Virus record (IMG/VR): IMGVR_UViG_3300021387_000463 | Span: 299,001 to 363,000 of that record | Length of the DNA stretch: 64,000 nt | Source of the DNA: a virus | Lineage: Duplodnaviria; Heunggongvirae; Uroviricota; Caudoviricetes | Strand: one strand, 5' to 3' | Part shown: piece by piece, positions 57,181-64,000 of the stretch | Numbering within the stretch: the stretch's first letter is position 1 | Layout of the letters: each line of letters starts with the position of its first letter | Made by a program: the position numbers and the translations under genes | Notes under the pieces: model-generated | What the model was told of the DNA's origin: nothing | Database searches by the model: none | Seen by the model: the letters and a program-made list of their open reading frames with translations, nothing else

Positions 57181-57212
57181 TGAGATATTTATAGTAAATA
57201 AATTAATAGAGT

Positions 57213-57458
57213 ATGGGAAAGTTTATTATAAAACATATAAACAGTGTAAAGCCTCAAAAAAAGGTTGAAAATAATATAAGAGAAAATAAGGAAGTTATGA
57301 CTACAAGCGAGAAGATAGCAATGGCACAGAGCGTACTTAGTGGCGCAGACGTAGCAGCTCCAGTAAAGAGAGTTAAGAAGGACAAGGGTCTTATCGAGAG
57401 AACCGAGAGCTCAAAGACCATTTTAACTGAAGACAATAAAGAACTTTTGAACGATTAA
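57213..57458 (+). CDS. Hypothetical late protein
   Basis: 81 aa; ATATTTAT at 57185. Confidence 0.65.
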   Translation: MGKFIIKHINSVKPQKKVENNIRENKEVMTTSEKIAMAQSVLSGADVAAPVKRVKKDKGLIERTESSKTILTEDNKELLND

Positions 57459-57465
57459 TATAACA

Positions 57466-58338
57466 ATGGCAACTAACGTTAAGTATCTTAAGGAAAATAA
57501 TTTATATGAGGCACATAAGCACTTTATGCGTCTTAGTGAAGCATATATACCAACATCGTTCCCAGAGGAAGAAATCGAGGAAGCTGGTGCTGACCAAAAC
57601 CAAGACCCTAATGCAATGGGAGGTCAAGACCCTATGATGGGAGGAGACCCTAACGCAATGGGTGGTGGTGCTAGCCCTATGGGTGGTGGTATGCCTCAAG
57701 ACCCAAATGCTATGGGTGGTGCTGACCCTAACGCTATGGGAGGAGACCCAAATGCAATGGGAGGCGCAGACCCTATGGCTAGTGCTGACCCAAATTCAGG
57801 GGCTGACCCAATGGCTGACCCTATGGGTGGTGATATGGGTGGTGAAGACCCTTTGGCTGACGCTAGTGGTGATATGAGTGAGGAAGATGGCGAGACAATT
57901 GACATCGATGGTTTGACCCAAGCACAAGATAAACTTAATGTTAAGCAGAACCATATCGGAAGAGATTTGTCAAAAGTCGATACAAGAATCACATCGTTGA
58001 TTGATACTATCAATAACCTTTTGTCAAAGGTTGATAGCAACAACAGTGAGATTGAAGCATTAAAGGCTGAGTTTGAGAAGAGAAATCCAACCCAGACTGA
58101 GAAGCTTAACCTACGCTCACTCGATTCTTATCCATTTAATATCAAGCCAAATGAGTATTGGGATGAAAAGGCAAAGCAAGGTGGATATGAGGCATACTCA
58201 GACAATGCAGAGCCTACAACCAAGGAATATACAATCACCAATGATGACGTAGATAATCCATCTGATGACATCGCAAAGACATTCTTCAAGATTGATGATG
58301 ATGATGTCCAGACACTTGACAAACTATTCAATTTCTAA
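57466..58338 (+). CDS. Acidic protein with DPNAMGG repeats (putative prohead core component)
   Basis: Low-complexity D-P-(N/M)-A-M-G-G repeats at ~57595-57850 followed by a coiled coil. Confidence 0.6.
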   Translation: MATNVKYLKENNLYEAHKHFMRLSEAYIPTSFPEEEIEEAGADQNQDPNAMGGQDPMMGGDPNAMGGGASPMGGGMPQDPNAMGGADPNAMGGDPNAMGGADPMASADPNSGADPMADPMGGDMGGEDPLADASGDMSEEDGETIDIDGLTQAQDKLNVKQNHIGRDLSKVDTRITSLIDTINNLLSKVDSNNSEIEALKAEFEKRNPTQTEKLNLRSLDSYPFNIKPNEYWDEKAKQGGYEAYSDNAEPTTKEYTITNDDVDNPSDDIAKTFFKIDDDDVQTLDKLFNF

Positions 58339-58577
58339 TGAAAACAGTTAATTTAAGCGAGGAAGCATACAAGAAACTCATCAATGAGATTGGCTATGGC
58401 AATGATGATTTGGGGAATTTACGCAATGAATTAAAATATAGTATTGGTGATGCCTCACAAGTCATCAGAGACCATTTTATAATGTGCGAAAGACTTAATC
58501 AAGAACCTAATCCATATGTGGCTGATATAGCCAAACATATACAAGAAATAGAACAATTACTTAATAATTTACAGTAG
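58338..58577 (+). CDS. Putative internal head protein
   Basis: N-terminal MKTVNLSEE.YKKLINE motif. Confidence 0.5.
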   Translation: MKTVNLSEEAYKKLINEIGYGNDDLGNLRNELKYSIGDASQVIRDHFIMCERLNQEPNPYVADIAKHIQEIEQLLNNLQ

Positions 58578-58578
58578 T

Positions 58579-58866
58579 ATGAAAAAGATTATAAGACTTA
58601 CAGAATCAGAACTTAGAAATATAGTTGAGGAGTCAACAAAGAGGATTATCAAAGAGGCTGAGAGTGGTGGTTGGGTAGTTGATTCATCCGAAGCTCAAGA
58701 GGCATATGATTTAGCTGTTCAAGAAATGGGTGAGGAAACCATTAACAGTGCAATTGTAAGAAGCCTTGGCGATGAAGTATTGGCACAATGTCTTGCTTAT
58801 ATCTTTAGGCAATATGATTTCAGACAATGGCAAAGTCGTTTTGACAGTCAAGATGAAATGATTTAA
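58579..58866 (+). CDS. Putative internal head protein
   Basis: N-terminal MKKIIRLTESELRNIVEES.KRIIKE motif. Confidence 0.55.
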   Translation: MKKIIRLTESELRNIVEESTKRIIKEAESGGWVVDSSEAQEAYDLAVQEMGEETINSAIVRSLGDEVLAQCLAYIFRQYDFRQWQSRFDSQDEMI

Positions 58867-58876
58867 AAGAAATAGG

Positions 58877-58917
58877 ATTCTCCAGTTATGAAAAAAAGTG
58901 AATATAACTGGAGAATT
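58877..58917 (+). terminator. Hairpin ending the late unit
   Basis: ATTCTCCAGTTAT...ATAACTGGAGAAT inverted repeat. Confidence 0.6.
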
Positions 58918-58929
58918 TATATCAATTTT

Positions 58930-58961
58930 CTTGTTTTTTTCGATTTTTTTTTATATCTTTG
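58930..58961 (+). promoter_or_regulatory. Bacteroidota-type -33/-7 promoter of the SSB operon
   Basis: CTTG-N20-TATCTTTG. Confidence 0.8.
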
Positions 58962-59025
58962 CAATATAATTTAAGCATGTGTTAGACATGCATTTTAAAT
59001 AATTTTTTTAATAACAATTTTAATT

Positions 59026-60024
59026 ATGGGTAACAAAAATTTTAGCGTTAACATTGATGATGACGCAGTTAGGAATCAGTATGAACAAGAACAGAAGCAA
59101 CCTGTTAAGAAAACTCAGTTTGACACTAAGAATTATTTACAAGCTAGGCTTGGGTCAAACGAAGACACAAAGACACTTACAATCAGATTATTGCCATTCT
59201 CCCCAGAAGGTGGTAGTCCATTCAAGAAAGTTTTTATGCATACCGTTAAGGTAAACAAGGAGGTTTCACCTAGTGGGTGGAAGACTTTCGTGTGCCCAAC
59301 ACACAACAAGAAAGATGGCTCTGTAATGGGTGATAAATGTCCATTCTGTGAGACATCTGCAAAGGCACGTGAGCTTAAGTCTAAGTCACTTGATGAACCT
59401 ACAAAGAAAAAGTACGGTGATGTGGAATTCCTTAATCGTGTTAAGGAAATGTGGATTGTGCGTTGTATAGAGCGTGACCACGAGGAAGATGGAGTTAAGT
59501 TTTGGCTCTTCAACAGCTCAAAGAAGAAGGACGGAGTTTATGACAAGATTATGAACTTGGCAAAGATTCGTTCTGAGGCAGCAGCAAAGAAGGGAAATAC
59601 CTACAGCATATTCGACCTTAACAATGGACTTGATTTGGTTGTAACCCTCTCAAGAACCTCAGACAATAAGACAGCAGTTCAGATTATTGATGCTGGTCTT
59701 CCTTCGCCACTTTCAGAGAATTTCGACCTTGGCGAGAAGTGGATTCACGACAGCAAGAAGTGGGATGAGGTATACACTGTTAAGCCTTATGAGTACATGG
59801 CAATTATCGCAATGGGTGGTGTTCCAGTATTTAGTAAGGAAGAGAATAAGTATGTTGACAAGGAAGAGCTTGATAAACTTAAGGAAGAGGCTGAAAAGCA
59901 GAGAATTGACGAAGCTCTCACAGAACCAACAAAAGATTTCTCTGATATTGCAGAATCTAGCGGTGTGAATATAATTGATGGTAATGACGTTAAAGATGAC
60001 GATGACGAAGACTTACCATTCTAA
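59026..60024 (+). CDS. Single-stranded DNA-binding protein, gp32-like
   Basis: IRLLP, H...C...CPFC Zn ligands, GVKFW.F, FD...G.DL, acidic tail ending DLPF. Confidence 0.8.
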   Translation: MGNKNFSVNIDDDAVRNQYEQEQKQPVKKTQFDTKNYLQARLGSNEDTKTLTIRLLPFSPEGGSPFKKVFMHTVKVNKEVSPSGWKTFVCPTHNKKDGSVMGDKCPFCETSAKARELKSKSLDEPTKKKYGDVEFLNRVKEMWIVRCIERDHEEDGVKFWLFNSSKKKDGVYDKIMNLAKIRSEAAAKKGNTYSIFDLNNGLDLVVTLSRTSDNKTAVQIIDAGLPSPLSENFDLGEKWIHDSKKWDEVYTVKPYEYMAIIAMGGVPVFSKEENKYVDKEELDKLKEEAEKQRIDEALTEPTKDFSDIAESSGVNIIDGNDVKDDDDEDLPF

Positions 60025-60045
60025 GTAGGCAATGTTACGATTAAT

Positions 60046-60672
60046 ATGAACAAACTATTTTATTACTATGGCTCAATGGCTTCAGCTAAAACACTGAGGC
60101 TATTGAGCACAGCTTACAACTTTGAGGAAAAAGGTGTACAAATAATGGTACTTAAGCCATCGTTGGATACAAGAGACGGTGAAGGAGTTATCCGTTCACG
60201 TGCTGGTCTTGAGCGTAAGTGTATCATGATTGACAACGAGATTAACTTATACAAGGCTATAAAGGCATATAAGAACGTTCTAAATGCACAATTTGAAACT
60301 CTTAAGTGGGTTATAATCGATGAGTGCCAATTCCTTACCGAAGAACAAGTAGACCAACTATCAGATGTTGTAGATTTTTTAGGAATTAATGTAATGTGCT
60401 TTGGACTTAGAACAGATTTCCAATCAAAGCTATTTCCAGGTTCTAAACGACTTTTTGAACTTGCAGATGACATAGAAGAGATTAAGTCAACTTGTGAGTG
60501 CGGAGACAGAAAAACCTCAATCAATGCTAGATTTGATGAAAATGGTGAAATTATCACTGAAGGTAGTCAAGTCATGATTGGTGGTAATGACAAGTACAGA
60601 GCCATTTGCAGAAAATGTTGGAAAGACAAAGTAAGAGATAAATTGTTGAAGGAAAATGAAACTAAAGCGTGA
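60046..60672 (+). CDS. tdk: Thymidine kinase
   Basis: YGSM.SAKT, DTRDG, IDECQFL, FGLRTDF, C.CG and CRKCW. Confidence 0.95.
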   Translation: MNKLFYYYGSMASAKTLRLLSTAYNFEEKGVQIMVLKPSLDTRDGEGVIRSRAGLERKCIMIDNEINLYKAIKAYKNVLNAQFETLKWVIIDECQFLTEEQVDQLSDVVDFLGINVMCFGLRTDFQSKLFPGSKRLFELADDIEEIKSTCECGDRKTSINARFDENGEIITEGSQVMIGGNDKYRAICRKCWKDKVRDKLLKENETKA

Positions 60673-60865
60673 TTTTAAGGTTGGGACACCCATTCAATTC
60701 AAGTGGTACGATAATTGGAAAGATGAGCTTGAAAATCCAACTAATTTTAAGGTTTTAGAAGGTACTGTTGATTCAAACACAGCAATGGATGAAGTGATAG
60801 TATATAACGAGCATGATAGAATGTTTTATGCTGTTAGAAATGAATATATTTTAAAAGAGTTTTAA
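60656..60865 (+). CDS. Small hypothetical protein
   Basis: 69 aa, overlapping the tdk end. Confidence 0.6.
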   Translation: MKLKRDFKVGTPIQFKWYDNWKDELENPTNFKVLEGTVDSNTAMDEVIVYNEHDRMFYAVRNEYILKEF

Positions 60866-60868
60866 GTT

Positions 60869-61096
60869 ATGAAATTATTAAGAAAGTATGATATAGGAGA
60901 TAATATTTCATATACATTTTATGGTGCTAAAAAAAAAGGCAAAATCAGAGAAATCCGACACCCATTTCAATACGAAATTGAAGAAGTTTTTGATGATATA
61001 ACAGTTGATGATTTATTATATGTAATTGAAACAAATGAAAGGGATGAAGATGGTATAATAGTTGATAATATGATATTAGAATATAATATATTATGA
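60869..61096 (+). CDS. Small hypothetical protein
   Basis: 75 aa; N-terminus similar to the preceding ORF (MKL.R.(F/Y)..G..I.(F/Y)..Y). Confidence 0.6.
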   Translation: MKLLRKYDIGDNISYTFYGAKKKGKIREIRHPFQYEIEEVFDDITVDDLLYVIETNERDEDGIIVDNMILEYNIL

Positions 61097-61121
61097 ATAA
61101 TTTCGAAAATATTATTAAGTT

Positions 61122-62312
61122 ATGAAGCAGCCAATTAAGAAAAAGGAGTTTAAGAAGCCAAGTATTGCTAGTTTTAAGGAAAAATATGGTTTAACGATGA
61201 AATCAAACAAGGATTTGGTAAAGTCTGTTGCAGATAAGCCTACAGATTTTATTCCACTTCCAGAAGCATTTGCAGATGCAATTAAACTTCCAGGTATACC
61301 AAAGGGTTATCTTACAATTGTGACTGGATGGTCAAACACTGGTAAATCAACCATTAAAAATTGTCTTATCGCAAGTTGTATTAATAATGGAATACTTCCA
61401 GTTATATATGAGACAGAGAACAACTTTGACTTTCAATATGCGATTGATTGTGGCATGAAAGCAACACCTATTTATGATGATGTAGAGGTTGAGGATGTTG
61501 ATGAAGAAACTGGAGAGATTACAACCCATACAGAGAAAAGAATTATTAATTATGATGGAGAATTCTTATATTTTGATAATAAGATTCTAGCTGAAATGTA
61601 TGGTAATCGTGATTATTCAACTGGAAAAGAATCTAAAACTAAACGTAAGGAAGCAGTTCTTGAGGACATTGCATACTCTATAAATGATTTGTTAGATGCA
61701 CAAGATAGAGGTGAAATCCAACAGCCAATGTGCTTTATTTGGGACTCTATTGGTTCTATTCAGTCGTTTAAGTCACTTGAGAGCAAGAGTGGTAACAATA
61801 TGTTTGATGCTGGTGCAATTTCGCAATCATTCAGCAACATTATCAACAATAGAATTCCATCTTCAAAGAAGGTTAGTGAAGAGTTTACAAACACATTCTT
61901 CTGTGTTAACAAGATTTGGAATGATTCAATGAATTCAATGGGTGGTGTACCTTCAATCGAGCTTAAGGGTGGTAAGACATTCTTCTATGGTGCAAGATTG
62001 ATTATCCATCTTGGAGGTATCGGTAAGGCTGCTACAAAGAAACTTGATGCAACTGCAAAGGGTAGCAAGTATCAGTATGGTATCACAACCAAGATAAGAA
62101 CAACTAAAAACCAGTTACCAACACCTTGGAATGTAACATACGAAGGTGAAATGTCTTGTGTACATAATGGTCTATTGAATCCAAAGGCACTAGAGGAATA
62201 CAAGAAAACCTACATGAAGGATATTCTTGCAAAGATTGAAGAGACAAGTGGTAAGAAACTTGACTTAACAGAAAATGATGTACAATTCACTGAAGAAGAT
62301 TCTGAAGAGTAA
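61122..62312 (+). CDS. uvsX: RecA/UvsX-like recombinase
   Basis: Walker A GWSNTGKST, YETEN, Walker B FIWDSIGS, KGG..F.Y, KNQL. Confidence 0.82.
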   Translation: MKQPIKKKEFKKPSIASFKEKYGLTMKSNKDLVKSVADKPTDFIPLPEAFADAIKLPGIPKGYLTIVTGWSNTGKSTIKNCLIASCINNGILPVIYETENNFDFQYAIDCGMKATPIYDDVEVEDVDEETGEITTHTEKRIINYDGEFLYFDNKILAEMYGNRDYSTGKESKTKRKEAVLEDIAYSINDLLDAQDRGEIQQPMCFIWDSIGSIQSFKSLESKSGNNMFDAGAISQSFSNIINNRIPSSKKVSEEFTNTFFCVNKIWNDSMNSMGGVPSIELKGGKTFFYGARLIIHLGGIGKAATKKLDATAKGSKYQYGITTKIRTTKNQLPTPWNVTYEGEMSCVHNGLLNPKALEEYKKTYMKDILAKIEETSGKKLDLTENDVQFTEEDSEE

Positions 62313-62473
62313 TGAGTTTTGAATATACAGTTAAATATAGACCACATCGCATTGTAGATTATATTATTACAAATGTTAGGCATAATGAAGCTGACGATTC
62401 AGTTGTAATAGAATATAGCAATGGGGAATCAATAAAACTTAGTTTAGCAGATTTAATTGGACATGAAGCTTGA
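62312..62473 (+). CDS. 53-aa ORF missing from the track
   Basis: MSFEYTVKYRPH...LIGHEA; TAATG overlap with uvsX. Confidence 0.5.
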   Translation: MSFEYTVKYRPHRIVDYIITNVRHNEADDSVVIEYSNGESIKLSLADLIGHEA

Positions 62474-62600
62474 ACATGTTGTAAAGAAAGTCTATGAACC
62501 TATACATAGAGGTGGATGGGAATTTACATTTACGCCACCACAATGGATTATAGATTGGTGTGAAGATAAGGCATTTATTGAAACAGTAGAATACATATGA
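62463..62600 (+). CDS. 45-aa ORF missing from the track
   Basis: MKLEHVVKKVYEPIHRGGWEFTFTPPQWIIDWCEDKAFIETVEYI; overlaps both neighbours. Confidence 0.45.
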   Translation: MKLEHVVKKVYEPIHRGGWEFTFTPPQWIIDWCEDKAFIETVEYI

Positions 62601-62681
62601 GTTTAGAAACTGTAGATAGACTATTTGAAGATGATTGGTTGTGGGAATGGGTTGTGGTACATGACCGATATTAAATAAAGA

Positions 62682-62714
62682 ATAGGGGAGAAAGAGATTT
62701 CTCCCTTATTTTTT
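62682..62714 (+). terminator. Intrinsic terminator
   Basis: ATAGGGGAGAAA-GAGA-TTTCTCCCTTATTTTTT. Confidence 0.8.
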
Positions 62715-62743
62715 GGAATTTTAACATTTTTTTTATATCTTTG
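62712..62743 (+). promoter_or_regulatory. Bacteroidota-type -33/-7 promoter
   Basis: TTTG-N20-TATCTTTG. Confidence 0.85.
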
Positions 62744-62758
62744 CAAAAAGGTGTTAAA

Positions 62759-63067
62759 ATGAAAGATATGATACGTGAATATAAAGGAGAAATGTTTAGA
62801 AAATTTGCGTTGAAGCTTAAAAAAGAAGGGCTTTGGCAAAAGTTTATTATTCTTGAATATTATTTTAGATTTTACAATAATCTAGATAATAACTTAATAA
62901 CAATATATAAATATCTCAAAAACGAAAATAGTGATAACGTAATATTATTAGATTGGGTTAAAGGAAAAAAGAAAGGTAGATTTGGTTCATATTTGGATAG
63001 TATGCTGTTTTCTGAATATGACAGATACATATTGCTGAGTGATTTTTTTAAACATTATAAAGTATAA
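62759..63067 (+). CDS. Hypothetical protein
   Basis: ORF directly below the promoter at 62712-62743. Confidence 0.55.
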   Translation: MKDMIREYKGEMFRKFALKLKKEGLWQKFIILEYYFRFYNNLDNNLITIYKYLKNENSDNVILLDWVKGKKKGRFGSYLDSMLFSEYDRYILLSDFFKHYKV

Positions 63068-63070
63068 AAT

Positions 63071-63634
63071 ATGACAGACGAGCAAAGAGAAAAAAACCTA
63101 GAGCTTTATGTTAAGAAGCTAGGAAAACTTGGTATTGATACAAGTACCTTGATTGAAAAGTATGGAGAACTTTTAAAGAATGGTTCTTTCACACAAACAA
63201 ATGAGTTTGGAAACGCTTACAACGGCTCACTGCTTGAGATTATTTTGAAGGTGCTTACACCTTATGCAGTGAAAGTAAATGAGTTGCTTCCAGAGGATAG
63301 AAGGGTTGATAAGCCTACTCTCGTAAAGGTATGTCTTCTTCACCAAATCGCAAAGGCAGTTAGATTGATTCCTAACGATAACCAATGGGAGGTTGAGAAG
63401 CGTGGCTTTGTTTACAAATACGATAATAACTTACCTTCAATCAGAACTGGTCTACACTCCGTTTCAATGTGTTTTGAGTGTGGTATACCTTTGACAACTG
63501 AAGATATTGAGGCAATGACAGTTAATGATAGAGACCTATCGGATGACCAAGCACGTTGGCACTCAAGTATCATGGCAACAATTGTAAGACAAGCAAGCGA
63601 ACTAACATATCTTCAAATCAACGATAAGAAATGA
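63071..63634 (+). CDS. HD-fold protein with degenerate metal ligands
   Basis: A..GSLL, LVKVCLLHQIAK, GI.LT...IEAM pattern of phage HD hydrolases, but HQ replaces HD. Confidence 0.55.
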   Translation: MTDEQREKNLELYVKKLGKLGIDTSTLIEKYGELLKNGSFTQTNEFGNAYNGSLLEIILKVLTPYAVKVNELLPEDRRVDKPTLVKVCLLHQIAKAVRLIPNDNQWEVEKRGFVYKYDNNLPSIRTGLHSVSMCFECGIPLTTEDIEAMTVNDRDLSDDQARWHSSIMATIVRQASELTYLQINDKK

Positions 63635-64000
63635 AATTTTGGAGAAAAAAAGAAAAGGAAGTACACGTAAAGATTAAAAGGCTACGTGATGATGCAGTAA
63701 TGCCTACATATGCCCATGAGGGTGATGTTGGTATGGATTTAACAGCAGTCAGTGTTGAATATGACCAAGAGCATGATATGTACATTTATCACACTGGTCT
63801 TGCTGTAGAAACTGATAAGGGATATGGAATACTTTTATTTCCAAGAAGTTCAAATAGGAAAACAGACGCATATCTTTGCAACCATGTTGGTATTGTGGAT
63901 TCATTCATATATCGAGGTGAAATGATGCTATGCTTCAAGAATAGAGACTCACTTAGGACACTTGCTCTTGAGGCTAGATTCCTTGAATTCTTAAATAATC
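63631..64000 (+). CDS. dut: dUTPase (trimeric type), truncated by the window end
   Basis: Hand-translated: P.YAHEGDVGMDL, HTGLAVE, FPRSS, GIVDS..YRGE. Confidence 0.9.
   Translation, partial: MKFWRKKEKEVHVKIKRLRDDAVMPTYAHEGDVGMDLTAVSVEYDQEHDMYIYHTGLAVETDKGYGILLFPRSSNRKTDAYLCNHVGIVDSFIYRGEMMLCFKNRDSLRTLALEARFLEFLNN

Noticed and set aside
416-62839. Numerous antisense and alternate-frame ORFs within large genes (e.g. 6814-7371, 18198-18767, 21710-22345, 44198-44761)
   Set aside because: Shadow ORFs produced by codon bias and repeats; they have no motifs or expression signals.
1-64000. Stop-codon reassignment (TAG to Gln, as in Lak and some crAss-like phages)
   Set aside because: Genes up to 2141 aa are uninterrupted under the standard code, coding density is high, and TAG ends several plausible genes (e.g. 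27216, 27874, 58577).
1-64000. DGR template repeat, reverse transcriptase or Avd inside the window
   Set aside because: No AAC-rich copy of the VR and no RT (Y.DD) protein was seen; this was a by-eye search only.
1-64000. tRNA, rRNA, introns or inteins
   Set aside because: No cloverleaf-like intergenic sequence, split genes or intein terminal motifs were recognised; tRNAscan/Infernal would be needed to exclude them formally.

Overview
64 kb of an AT-rich, T4-like (gp23/gp18/gp19) jumbo myophage. Paired -33 TTTG / -7 TAnnTTTG promoters and the lack of Shine-Dalgarno sites indicate a Bacteroidota host. The standard genetic code fits. Gene order: divergent putative prohead protease, scaffold, major capsid; a ~20 kb island of fibre/decoration genes (4.1-24.0 kb); an IS1595 transposase and a two-domain glycosyltransferase; the contractile tail module (sheath, tube, tube paralogue, chaperone, tape measure, baseplate, hub with lysozyme and amidase domains), interrupted by three minus-strand accessory islands (KptA, GNAT, ankyrins, Hef-like nuclease, SprT); putative internal head proteins; and the start of the replication module (gp32-like SSB, Tdk, UvsX, HD-like protein, dUTPase). 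The most striking feature is the fibre island, which looks like a modular surface-display system. Unrelated payloads (two BspA-type LRR solenoids, a GH2 glycosidase, YadA-repeat fibres, a C-type-lectin DGR target) sit on a few shared docking modules, and most genes are in their own terminator + ATATTTAT promoter cassette. Two of these cassette junctions are near-identical 54-bp direct repeats. The DGR target has a clear variable region and downstream hairpins, but no template repeat or reverse transcriptase is visible in the window. All calls come from visual motif recognition; no database searches were run.
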